From positions 1 to 33,239 of the forward strand of contig JBBTED010000042.1 in the NCBI GenBank assembly GCA_038042445.1: a stretch of DNA of 33,239 bases, written 5' to 3'. Source of the stretch: Candidatus Firestoneibacteriota bacterium (lineage in GTDB: Bacteria; Oederibacteriota; D2-FULL-39-29; JBBTED01). The notes beneath the pieces are model-generated. The model ran no database searches and was not told where the DNA came from. It saw only the letters and a list, made by a program, of their open reading frames with translations. Positions 24,421-33,238 of this stretch are shown piece after piece. A program made the translations under genes and the position numbers. Positions within the stretch are counted from its first letter, which is position 1. Every line of letters begins with the position of its first letter.

Positions 24421-26173
24421 CTGTTTTACTAAGCACCCTTACTAAACTATCTACAACTTTTGGATCAAATTGCGTTCCTTTATTTTTCTCAAGTTCTTTA
24501 ACAGCATATTCCTGTTTCATTGCCTTTCTATAAGGTCTGTCAGAAGTCATTGCCTCAAAAGCATCAACAACAAGTAAAACTCTTGATAAAAGCGGAATTT
24601 TCTCTTTCGCCAAACCAGATGGATAACCAGAACCATCATAATGTTCATGATGATGTGTAATTATTATAATAAGATCTTTAAACCATACAAGAGGCTCTAA
24701 TATTTTAGCAGCTATAAGTGGATGTTCTTTTATTATTTTATATTCTTCTTCAGTTAATTTTTCAACTTTACGCAAAATTTTGTCTTCTATTCCTATTTTT
24801 CCAATATCATGAAGTACAGCTCCATACTGAACTATTTCTCTTTCTCTATCAGACAAATGCATATCTTCAGCAATAGCTATTGCATATTTAGATGCCTTTT
24901 CAGAGTGACTCTTTGTATATGAATCTCTGGCATCTAATGCAGAAACAATTGATTTCACAGTATTAAAATACATACTTTGCAATTCCTGAAATAAATTGGC
25001 ATTTTCTATAGCAGCTGCAGCCATTGATGCAAAAGTAGATAACAATTTAATATCGCGATCAGCAAACTGAATTCTTTCAGATGAGTATACAGTCAAAGTT
25101 CCAATCGCCTTTCCTCTGACAATTAATGGAACACATAATAATGATTTCAACCCTTCTTTAACAATAATATCCATATATTCAAATCGCTGTTCCAGATTTA
25201 AATCTGATACTGCAATTGGATTTTTAGTGGTTACAACTCTACCAGCAATACTTTTGCCGATTTTAATATTTCCTTTTTTAACATAATCACTAGACACACC
25301 ATATAAAGCTTTTAAAACAAGTTCCTTATTTTTTTCTTCAAGCAAACGCAAAGTACAAGTTCTACAATGCATAACCTGAGTAGCAATTTTTGTAATAAGA
25401 TGTAAAACTTCTTCAACATTTAAAGTGGACATTATACTGCTTCCAACATAAGCAACCATAGAAATATCATTAATTATTTCTTCTTTTTCATGGTAAGTTT
25501 TTGCCCTTCCAATTGATATACTAGCTTTACTTGCAAGAATTTCTATTAATTTTATTTCGCCTGACTTAAAAGCATATTCTTCTCTACCTATAAGCTGCAC
25601 TACACCTATAAGTTTATTATCTAATTTTAGAGGAACACCAAGCATTGGCATAATAGTATTTCCTTTTTTATATAGACTTACTAAAAAATCATCCTTCAGC
25701 TCTTTGTAACTTACAATAGTTTTACCCTCTTTAATAACTCTTCCAAGAAATCCATCACTTGGTTTAATTATTTTTTTTATTTGTCCTACGTCAATAGTTC
25801 TATAGGAAGCTTTTAAAATAAACTCATCTGTATCATCATGTCTCAACAATATCAGCCCTGCATTAGAATTAGTAACTTCAACCATCTTTTGTATAAGTTG
25901 TTGTAAAATCTCATTGATATCAAGAGAAGAAAGACCAACATTTAAAACAGAATAAACAGCTAATAATTCTTCTTTTGTCATTTTTTCAGATTCCTGCAGT
26001 TTTGTGTATTTTTCAAATAAAGAATCAAATCTTTTTTGAAGGCCATGGAATATACTCATTCGCACACCAAGATACCTCTTCAAAAAAGATAAAAAACCAA
26101 TAGTTGCAAAAAATATAGTCAACCAATATAAAAGTTCTCTAATTATTCGCATTATAGTTTCTATTATAGTCAT
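24404..26173 (-). CDS. TM-GAF-GAF-HD-GYP phosphodiesterase
   Basis: YTKSHS, LHDIGK, HHEHYDGSGYP, DRPYR, GTQFDP all intact. Confidence 0.93.
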   Translation of the reverse strand: MTIIETIMRIIRELLYWLTIFFATIGFLSFLKRYLGVRMSIFHGLQKRFDSLFEKYTKLQESEKMTKEELLAVYSVLNVGLSSLDINEILQQLIQKMVEVTNSNAGLILLRHDDTDEFILKASYRTIDVGQIKKIIKPSDGFLGRVIKEGKTIVSYKELKDDFLVSLYKKGNTIMPMLGVPLKLDNKLIGVVQLIGREEYAFKSGEIKLIEILASKASISIGRAKTYHEKEEIINDISMVAYVGSSIMSTLNVEEVLHLITKIATQVMHCRTCTLRLLEEKNKELVLKALYGVSSDYVKKGNIKIGKSIAGRVVTTKNPIAVSDLNLEQRFEYMDIIVKEGLKSLLCVPLIVRGKAIGTLTVYSSERIQFADRDIKLLSTFASMAAAAIENANLFQELQSMYFNTVKSIVSALDARDSYTKSHSEKASKYAIAIAEDMHLSDREREIVQYGAVLHDIGKIGIEDKILRKVEKLTEEEYKIIKEHPLIAAKILEPLVWFKDLIIIITHHHEHYDGSGYPSGLAKEKIPLLSRVLLVVDAFEAMTSDRPYRKAMKQEYAVKELEKNKGTQFDPKVVDSLVRVLSKTGDNGK

Positions 26174-26217
26174 CCCTTTTATCTAATATCATATTTATTA
26201 TGTTTTGATTATAACAT

Positions 26218-27498
26218 CTATTTTGTGATTTTTCCAATAAAAAATTTACTAACATAACGCAATTCATCTTCTTTAGTGCTCAAAACACCATTCAATTTTG
26301 CTTCAAGCAAGCTACTTAATATCTTTTTAAACACAGGACCAGGCAAAAACCCAAGTGTTTTTAAATCACTACCTGTCAAAATCGGCTTGATTTTTGATAA
26401 AACTGTAAGATAATTTACAATTATATTTTTTACTTTACTTGATTCTGCCTTTGAGATTAAAAATAAAAGTGTTTCATTTGGAAAACAATGCAATTTAGTA
26501 TATATTCTACTATTAGACAAAAAAATATTAGAATTTAAAAATGAAAACGCTTTTTGGGACTTCTGCTTGGAAAAAATGATGATTTCCATTATACCAATTG
26601 TAAATTTAAGTTCTACACATAATTTTTTGATTTCATTTAAGTTTAAATCATCTGTTAACACAAGGAAATAAGATATCCATTTTAAAAATTTTTCACCTAA
26701 GACTAAAGCATCTGTTGTAAAAACATTTTGCATTTTCAAGAAACCTTTTTCCATCTTTTTAGTCACAATTATTTTAGGATTCACATATTTAAGACAATTT
26801 AATTCTGATAACCTACGTATTGCTTTAAATGGTTCATTTTCATTTAAAACTAAAAGTATTTCGTCCTGAATACGAAAACCATTGATTTTTTTTATTAAAT
26901 CCAGTTTAACTGCTTCTTTTAAAAGATTCTGAGATTTTTCGTCAATCTTAAATCCAAATCTTTGTTCAAAACGAATTGCTCTAAATATACGTGTAGGATC
27001 ATCAATGAAACTTAATTTGTGTAAGACACGTATAATTTTATTTTCTAAATCTTTTTTTCCACCAAAGAAATCCAAAATACTTCCAAAATCTTCTTTGTTT
27101 AAACTTATTGCCATCGCATTTACAGTAAAATCCCTACGGCCCAAATCATCCTTTATTGTGCTTGGTTGAACATCAGGCATTGCACCGGGATATTCATACA
27201 ACTCTTTCCTTGCTGTTGCAAAATCAATTTTAAACCCCTCATCAAAACTTATAACTGCAGTCCCAAATTGTTTATACTTCTTAATCGTCGCATTAAAATG
27301 TCTAGCCAAAATTTCAGCTAATTTAATTGCATCACCTTCCACAACTATATCAATATCAAAATTATCTACATCAAGTATTAAATCCCGAACAAATCCACCA
27401 ACAGCATATATTTTAACTCCAGAATTTCCTGCTAGTTCACTTATAATTCTTATTATATTTTTTGTTTTATTTGGAATATTCTCCAGATTTACATTCAT
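26218..27498 (-). CDS. Class II tRNA nucleotidyltransferase (CCA- or A-adding type)
   Basis: VGGFVRD, DIDI, ARKELYEYPGAMPDV loop, RRDFTVN, SFIDDPTRIFRAIRFEQR. Confidence 0.9.
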   Translation of the reverse strand: MNVNLENIPNKTKNIIRIISELAGNSGVKIYAVGGFVRDLILDVDNFDIDIVVEGDAIKLAEILARHFNATIKKYKQFGTAVISFDEGFKIDFATARKELYEYPGAMPDVQPSTIKDDLGRRDFTVNAMAISLNKEDFGSILDFFGGKKDLENKIIRVLHKLSFIDDPTRIFRAIRFEQRFGFKIDEKSQNLLKEAVKLDLIKKINGFRIQDEILLVLNENEPFKAIRRLSELNCLKYVNPKIIVTKKMEKGFLKMQNVFTTDALVLGEKFLKWISYFLVLTDDLNLNEIKKLCVELKFTIGIMEIIIFSKQKSQKAFSFLNSNIFLSNSRIYTKLHCFPNETLLFLISKAESSKVKNIIVNYLTVLSKIKPILTGSDLKTLGFLPGPVFKKILSSLLEAKLNGVLSTKEDELRYVSKFFIGKITK

Positions 27499-27505
27499 AA
27501 TATTG

Positions 27506-27534
27506 ACTTTAGCATAATATAATATGCTTGTAAA
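27506..27534 (-). promoter_or_regulatory. Promoter for the nucleotidyltransferase, probably leaderless
   Basis: TTTACA-17 nt-TAAAGT with a TG extension, 7 nt before ATG 27498; no SD. Confidence 0.5.
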
Positions 27535-27555
27535 ATATTTTTTACACTTAGAATT

Positions 27556-28707
27556 TTATAGTGCAGATTGTAAAATTGCAGAAAGATCGGATTGCGAAAG
27601 AATCTTCGGGTTGTATTTTAAAGAACCAGAAAATTTAGTATCTTCAACTATTGCTGGAATATCTTCTTTTGCAACATTAAACTTATTTAAATTCTGTGGC
27701 AAATTTATATCCTGCACTAATTTGTGAATAGATACAACTGCTTTTTGAGCTTTTTCTTTTTCAGATAAAACTTCAATATCAGATTCATCAAACAACTCTG
27801 CTATTTTAATAAATTTATCTATTCTTTCTGACATATTAAACTCCATTACATACGGTAGAAGCAATGCATTTACTACACCATGTGGAATATGAAATCTTGC
27901 ACCAAGTGGATGTGCCAAAGCATGAACTGCTCCTAAACCTGCATTTGCAAATGCCATACCTGCTGTTAAACTGGCTAATAACATATTCTCCCTTGCATTT
28001 TTATCATCTGGAGATTTAACAGCTATACGTAAATTTTTTGCTATTAAGCTTATTGCCTTTTCAGCCAGTATATCAGTAATTTGATTTGCACTTTTTGATA
28101 AATATGCCTCAATCGCATGAGTCAATGCATCCATACCTGTAGATGCAGTAATATCAGCAGGTAATGAAACTGTAAGAGATGCATCTAAAATCGCTACACT
28201 TGGAATCATATAAAAACTTCTCAAGCTAATTTTAATATTTTTTTCTTTATTTGTTATAACAGAGTTTTTAGTAACTTCAGTTCCTGTTCCTGCAGTTGTT
28301 GGAATAGCTATAAATGGCAAACCAGCAATTTCTATCTCTTTTTTTTCTAAATATTCCCGCACTGAACCATTATTTTTCACCATTACAGAAACTGCTTTAG
28401 CAACATCAAGCGAGCTACCTCCTCCCAACCCTATTATGCAATCACAATTTTCTTTTTTTGCAATCTTAGTTGCTGCATCAACAGTCTGAATAGATGGATC
28501 TGATTCAACTTCAGAAAATATTGAAACTGAAATTTTATTTTCTTCAAGATTTTTTTTGATTTCGGATAATATCCCTGATTTTTTCATTGAGTTTCTGCCT
28601 GTTATTAAAAAACAGTTTTTGCCAAAAGTTTTAACCTCTTTAGCCAAACTATGGCGAACAGATTCCCAACCAAATATTATTTTTTGAGGAGTATTAAATT
28701 CGAACAT
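27556..28707 (-). CDS. Iron-containing alcohol dehydrogenase
   Basis: GGGSSLD, PTTAGTG, MDALTHAIE, GAVHALAH, PHG. Confidence 0.93.
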   Translation of the reverse strand: MFEFNTPQKIIFGWESVRHSLAKEVKTFGKNCFLITGRNSMKKSGILSEIKKNLEENKISVSIFSEVESDPSIQTVDAATKIAKKENCDCIIGLGGGSSLDVAKAVSVMVKNNGSVREYLEKKEIEIAGLPFIAIPTTAGTGTEVTKNSVITNKEKNIKISLRSFYMIPSVAILDASLTVSLPADITASTGMDALTHAIEAYLSKSANQITDILAEKAISLIAKNLRIAVKSPDDKNARENMLLASLTAGMAFANAGLGAVHALAHPLGARFHIPHGVVNALLLPYVMEFNMSERIDKFIKIAELFDESDIEVLSEKEKAQKAVVSIHKLVQDINLPQNLNKFNVAKEDIPAIVEDTKFSGSLKYNPKILSQSDLSAILQSAL

Positions 28708-28713
28708 GAAAAT

Positions 28714-29520
28714 TTAATTAATTGTTATACCCGCATATCCTACAACAGAACCATAATCACTACTTATATCACCAGAAGTTGCATATTTAACAAGTTCAGC
28801 AGATGTTGCACCTAAAAGCTTACAAGCAATAATCATAACTGCAGTTGGAATATACCCACACATAGAAATTTTCAGCTCATCAATCTTTGCTAATAATAAT
28901 TTTTCATCCAATGCAAGTATAGCATCTATAGCAGTTTTATCTTTTTCTTTAGCAATTTCCTGAGGCTCATAATGAGTCATATCAGAACTGGAAATTATTA
29001 CTGTTTTTTTATTTGAATGTTTAACTGCTGTAGCTATTGCCTGACCAATATCTGATAATGCTTTTATATCATCAATAGCCAAACATATCGGAATAATATT
29101 AAATGGCTTTTTAAAATATTGGATAAATGGTAATTGTACTTCAATTGCATGCTCATGCAAATGAGCTTGCACATTATCAGATAAATACGCAGACTCATTT
29201 AATATTTCATTGGCAATACTCTGTGCAATATGAACCTCTCCAAAAGGTGTCTGCCATATACCTTCAGCCATTATAGAGCATTTCTCGCCTAATCCTGTAT
29301 GATTTGGGCATAGAATTATAAAAAGCTCAGGGAATTTAATTTTTGAATATACTGCACCTGCAACTTTACCTGAATAAATATAACCGGCATGAGGAATTAA
29401 TGCACCTTTTACTTCAACAGTTTCAGTTTTTAAATTTACATATTCTGCTATCTGTTCTTTTAATGCAGAAGGATTATTTTCGTAAAAAGTTCCAGCAACT
29501 GCAGGACGCCTGATTAGCAT
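28714..29520 (-). CDS. amrB: MEMO1-family protein (AmmeMemoRadiSam protein B)
   Basis: RRPAVAGTFY, PHAGYIYSG, EHAIEVQLPF, SSDMTHY, SMCG, VVGYA. Confidence 0.92.
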   Translation of the reverse strand: MLIRRPAVAGTFYENNPSALKEQIAEYVNLKTETVEVKGALIPHAGYIYSGKVAGAVYSKIKFPELFIILCPNHTGLGEKCSIMAEGIWQTPFGEVHIAQSIANEILNESAYLSDNVQAHLHEHAIEVQLPFIQYFKKPFNIIPICLAIDDIKALSDIGQAIATAVKHSNKKTVIISSSDMTHYEPQEIAKEKDKTAIDAILALDEKLLLAKIDELKISMCGYIPTAVMIIACKLLGATSAELVKYATSGDISSDYGSVVGYAGITIN

Positions 29521-30329
29521 TTTTCTTCTTTTAATTTCTGTCTTCCAATCTCAAAAAATGGCTCAGCAAATTCTGAATTCCATGTTCTTTCCTCAAAAGT
29601 ACGGTTTTTCAATGTTTCAAGAAATTTTTTGAATTCGTTATAATAAGAACCATAAATATGAAAGCTATCACACATATCTACATATCTACCAACTAAAACT
29701 TTTTTACCTATTTTTTTTGAAATTTTTTCTGCTACTACTTTTTGCAAATCAGTAAGTGCAAAAATATTCATAAACGCAGCTTTATATGCATCTCTTGATC
29801 TCCAATGAGTATTCATATTCAAAACTAAATTTTTATTTTCATCCTCAAGTATACGAAACCAACATCGCTGAAGACAAGGTGGATCATCTGTTGGAATATC
29901 GATTTTTGGATTCCATGTTATTGCCTGCGCACGTCTGGAATAAAAAGTTTTCGAAAGACGTTCTATTACATAAGCAATCTGGTCTATTTTTTCTCCCTCA
30001 ATTTCATATTCAAATAATCGCTTATGATAAGTATATGTCCATTTACCTTCTTGTGGACATATCCAGTGATCATGAACTCCATCTACTACTTCCTGCCTAT
30101 ATATCTCTAATTCTTCAAGGCCTGCAGGAAATGCTCTATGAATTCTTGGCTCAGCAAATGGCTCTTTAACTACCATTATCATTGTGCAATCTCTACTTGG
30201 TAAATCTCCTTTTTTATCATACTCCGTAGAAATAGCTATACCTTTTTCCCATGTTAGCAAAACTGCTTTTTCCCAAACTTCCGGAATAGTTTTACCTTCT
30301 ATAATAAAAACAGGAATCATTCCATTCAT
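29514..30329 (-). CDS. thyA: Thymidylate synthase, short archaeal-like type
   Basis: YTYHKRL, DQI, SRRAQAITW, PPC catalytic Cys, RSRD, FMN (Asn), SFHIY. Confidence 0.82.
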   Translation of the reverse strand: MNGMIPVFIIEGKTIPEVWEKAVLLTWEKGIAISTEYDKKGDLPSRDCTMIMVVKEPFAEPRIHRAFPAGLEELEIYRQEVVDGVHDHWICPQEGKWTYTYHKRLFEYEIEGEKIDQIAYVIERLSKTFYSRRAQAITWNPKIDIPTDDPPCLQRCWFRILEDENKNLVLNMNTHWRSRDAYKAAFMNIFALTDLQKVVAEKISKKIGKKVLVGRYVDMCDSFHIYGSYYNEFKKFLETLKNRTFEERTWNSEFAEPFFEIGRQKLKEEKC

Positions 30330-30354
30330 AATAATAAAGATTAAATTGCGATTT

Positions 30355-30430
30355 TGGTTGCGGGGAGCCGATTCGAACGGCTGACCTTTGGGTTATGAGC
30401 CCAACGAGCTTCCAACTGCTCCACCCCGCG
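30355..30430 (-). tRNA. tRNA-Met (CAT), initiator type
   Basis: CGCGGGGTGGAGCAG...GGGCTCATAACCC...GTTCGAAT...CCCCGCAACCA; C1-A72 mismatch, three G-C pairs in the anticodon stem, CCA encoded. Confidence 0.96.
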
Positions 30431-30440
30431 TATTGGTTTA

Positions 30441-30525
30441 TGCCGGAGGCCGGAATCGAACCGGCATGAACTGTAAGTTCGAGGGATTTTAAGTCCCTTG
30501 CGTCTACCAATTCCGCCACCCCGGC
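30441..30525 (-). tRNA. tRNA-Leu (TAA), CCA not encoded
   Basis: GCCGGGGTGGCGGAATTGGTAGACGC-AGGGA-CTTAAAA-TCCCT, long variable arm, GGTTCGATTCC, ends CCGGCA followed by TAA. Confidence 0.95.
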
Positions 30526-30531
30526 TAAAAA

Positions 30532-30984
30532 TTAATATTGTTTCTTAACAGTACCACCACGTTTTGATTCGATATTATTCTTTAAATCTGTTAGCTTTTC
30601 TTCACTCGTTTTCATAAAACGTGAAAGCATTTCTTCAAAAGCAGAATTCCCAGCATGATTATATCTTCTTATAGTTTTTGGTTCATGTTTAAATTTACGG
30701 TCATTATTATCAACTTTTGCTCCAGTATTTATTTTAGCATCTGATTCTGATGATACCTGTTTTAGAGAAAGATCGATTTTCCTATTGTCAGGACTTATAG
30801 CTAAAATTTTTACTTTTATCTTTTGTCTTTCCTTAAGAAAATCATTTATATCTTTAACAAAATCCTGGGATACTTCAGAAATGTGAACCAAACCTCTTTT
30901 ACCATCAGGCAAATCTACAAACGCACCATAATTTGTTATCTTTGTTATTGTCCCTTCAACTACTTCCCCAAGTTTAATCGCCAT
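30532..30984 (-). CDS. S1 RNA-binding domain protein (YabR/YugI-like)
   Basis: ITNYGAFV, GLVHISEV, IDLSLK, and the C-terminal FEEMLSRFMKTSEEKL...KRGG tail. Confidence 0.92.
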   Translation of the reverse strand: MAIKLGEVVEGTITKITNYGAFVDLPDGKRGLVHISEVSQDFVKDINDFLKERQKIKVKILAISPDNRKIDLSLKQVSSESDAKINTGAKVDNNDRKFKHEPKTIRRYNHAGNSAFEEMLSRFMKTSEEKLTDLKNNIESKRGGTVKKQY

Positions 30985-31066
30985 ATTGCAAAATAATTCT
31001 TTGTATTCACCTGCCTTCCATAAATAACGATTCAGATTTTACACTTTTATAAATTCCAATTTTTAA

Positions 31067-31095
31067 ATGCTATTATATATACTAATAAATGTCAA
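31067..31095 (-). promoter_or_regulatory. Sigma70 promoter for the S1-tRNA-thyA block
   Basis: TTGACA(31095-31090)-17 nt-TAGCAT(31072-31067). Confidence 0.55.
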
Positions 31096-31112
31096 GCAAA
31101 TTCTTGCCTGTG

Positions 31113-31472
31113 TTACAATCTGCCACGTTTAACAGCACGTTGTTGCTTACTGTATAAAGAATTAATATAACTTTCCAATTCCTCTTCCTGAGCTTTTGGT
31201 AAATTATAAAATGCTATACCATGATAATATTTGTCTGTTAATTTCTCAACTCTAACTACATCTCCAGAGATTTTCTGAAGCTTTTTATATCCTTCCACTT
31301 CAAATGTTACTGACAATGGAGTACCCACCTCAATTGGCTCATTTATGAGAATAGCTAACCCACCTGCACTAATATTTGTAATTGCACCCTGCAAATATTT
31401 ATCATTTAAAATATCATGAATTACAATATTTGCTAAAATATTAACCCTTAAAAATTTTCTTTTGCTAAACAT
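31113..31472 (-). CDS. Stand-alone PilZ domain protein
   Basis: RKFLR (RxxxR) and NISAGG ([D/N]xSxxG) c-di-GMP binding motifs. Confidence 0.88.
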   Translation of the reverse strand: MFSKRKFLRVNILANIVIHDILNDKYLQGAITNISAGGLAILINEPIEVGTPLSVTFEVEGYKKLQKISGDVVRVEKLTDKYYHGIAFYNLPKAQEEELESYINSLYSKQQRAVKRGRL

Positions 31473-32113
31473 TTAAATATCTTATTATCTCCGGACATAA
31501 AACTCGTTATACCTGCAACACCATCAGCACCAGCATTAATTACTTTATTGCAATTTTCTTCTGTTATTCCACCAATAGCAATTATTGGGATACTTATTCT
31601 ACTTTTAGCTTTTTTAATTGTTTCAATGCCAAGAGATTTGATATCTGATTTTTTTGCTAATGGATTAAATATCGGACCTAATATAACATAATCAACGCCA
31701 TTATTATTTGCCTCTATTACTTCATCTAAACTATGGCAGGAAACACCTATAAACATATTTTTAGTTTTTATTCTTTTAATTACATCTATAGGCAAAGAAT
31801 CCTTTCCTAAATGAATACCATCTGCCCCAACAGCAAGTGCAATATCCACATGGTTATTAATTATAAACGCAACTTTATTATTACTGGTTATTTTCCTTAA
31901 ATCTTTTGCTATTTCAAACAATTCACGTGCAGATAAATCTTTTTCGCGAAGCTGAACTGCAGTTGCTCCAAATTTTACTGCATATTTAATAACCTGAGAT
32001 AACGACTTCCCACCAGTTTTTGTCCTATCTGTAACAACATAAATCCGTAATACATTTTTTAGACTATGGTTTGTCTTCTTCCACCAAACCATATTTTTTA
32101 AATTTTCAATCAA
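31448..32113 (-). CDS. thiE: Thiamine-phosphate synthase
   Basis: [25 protein letters not shown]; overlaps the thiG stop. Confidence 0.93.
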   Translation of the reverse strand: MIENLKNMVWWKKTNHSLKNVLRIYVVTDRTKTGGKSLSQVIKYAVKFGATAVQLREKDLSARELFEIAKDLRKITSNNKVAFIINNHVDIALAVGADGIHLGKDSLPIDVIKRIKTKNMFIGVSCHSLDEVIEANNNGVDYVILGPIFNPLAKKSDIKSLGIETIKKAKSRISIPIIAIGGITEENCNKVINAGADGVAGITSFMSGDNKIFKCLAKENF

Positions 32114-33147
32114 TTTATGGTGCCTTCTAATGGACTACTTGCACTTGCATATTTTTTCTTTGGCATTCTTCCAGCTAAATATGCTAAACGACCAGACATT
32201 ACCGCATATCTCATAGCTAAAGCCATTTTAACAGGATCTTTTGCTAAAGCCACACCTGTATTCATCAAAATACCATCAACACCCAATTCCATAGCTATTG
32301 CGGCATCTGATGCCGTACCTACACCAGCATCAACTATAATTGGAATTTTAACTGCTTCTTTAATTAGAATTATGTTTAGGGGATTTAAAATTCCCTGACC
32401 AGAACCTATAGGAGATGCTAAAGGCATAATTGCAGATGCACCAGCATTTTCTAATTTTTTAGCCATTATACAATCATCATTTGTATATGGTAAAACTGTA
32501 AAACCATCTTTTACTAAAATTTTAGTAGCTTCTAATAAAGCAGTTGTATCAGGCATTAATGTTTTCTCATCGCCTATAACTTCTAATTTAACTAATTTAG
32601 ACAAACCTGACGCTGATGCCAAATGAGCTATACGAACAGCTTCATCAACTGTATAAGCCCCTGCTGTATTTGGCAAAATTGTATATTTTGACTTATCTAT
32701 ATAATCAAGTAAAGATTCTTTAGATTTATCATCTAAATTAACTCTTCTAACTGCAACTGTTACAATTTCTGTTCCTGATTTTCCCAAAGCTTCTGCCATC
32801 ACCTTAAAATCTGGATATTTACCAGTACCTAAAAGCAATCGTGACGAATAAGATTTACCAGCTATTATTAATTTATCCTCTTCCATTTCAATCATTTCTC
32901 CTTTTTTCAAAATTTTGCATTTTGCACTTTGCATTCTGCATTTCGTTTGTCCTCCACCTACAAAATGTATTATTTCAACTTTATCATTGTCTTGCAATTT
33001 AAACTGTGAATACTTATCTTTTGCAATTATGTCTAAGTTTACTTCAACCACTATTGTTTTTGAATTAAGTTTTAAACTATCTATCAAGTTTTCAATAGTA
33101 AAACCATCATTTATTAATGTTTCTTTGTCATTTAAAATTATTTTCAT
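32110..33147 (-). CDS. thiG: ThiS (33147-32950) joined in frame to thiazole synthase ThiG (from ATG 32886)
   Basis: 66-aa ThiS ending EIIHFVGGG, 21-aa linker, then ThiG motifs [38 protein letters not shown]. Confidence 0.93.
   Translation of the reverse strand: MKIILNDKETLINDGFTIENLIDSLKLNSKTIVVEVNLDIIAKDKYSQFKLQDNDKVEIIHFVGGGQTKCRMQSAKCKILKKGEMIEMEEDKLIIAGKSYSSRLLLGTGKYPDFKVMAEALGKSGTEIVTVAVRRVNLDDKSKESLLDYIDKSKYTILPNTAGAYTVDEAVRIAHLASASGLSKLVKLEVIGDEKTLMPDTTALLEATKILVKDGFTVLPYTNDDCIMAKKLENAGASAIMPLASPIGSGQGILNPLNIILIKEAVKIPIIVDAGVGTASDAAIAMELGVDGILMNTGVALAKDPVKMALAMRYAVMSGRLAYLAGRMPKKKYASASSPLEGTIN
32912..32946. repeat. 7-bp tandem repeat array in the thiS-thiG linker
   Basis: ATTTTGC/ATTTTGC/ACTTTGC/ATTCTGC/ATTTCGT. 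Confidence 0.75.
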
Positions 33148-33238
33148 ACGAACAATGGTTATAGGTTAAATATTCTAAGCTATCCAGGACTTTGTTAAAA
33201 TTTAGTCCTATTTTTTCTTTAACTCCTTTATTTTCAAT
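33128..33238 (-). CDS. Possible 3' end of an upstream gene overlapping the thiS start (partial)
   Basis: Frame open from the window end: [36 protein letters not shown]; no recognisable motif. Confidence 0.35.
   Translation of the reverse strand: MENKGVKEKIGLNFNKVLDSLEYLTYNHCSYENNFK

Noticed and set aside
22706..26173. cGAMP (Hypr GGDEF / PmxA-type) signalling
   Set aside because: The GGDEF keeps the canonical Asp (GHLDGD) and the HD-GYP has RPYR, both consistent with c-di-GMP.
30292..30519. 75-aa ORF MAELVDARDLKS...
   Set aside because: It is a translation of the two tRNA genes.
31098..31112. AAATTCTTGCCTGTG resembling the first putative XRE site
   Set aside because: Isolated partial match lacking the CTAT core and any partner site.
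1111..33169. Short antisense or alternative-frame ORFs in the track (e.g. 1111-1332, 11608-11931, 12520-13005, 12966-13295, 20434-20778, 29786-30169, 32915-33169)
   Set aside because: They overlap well-supported genes, show no motifs, and have shadow-ORF composition.
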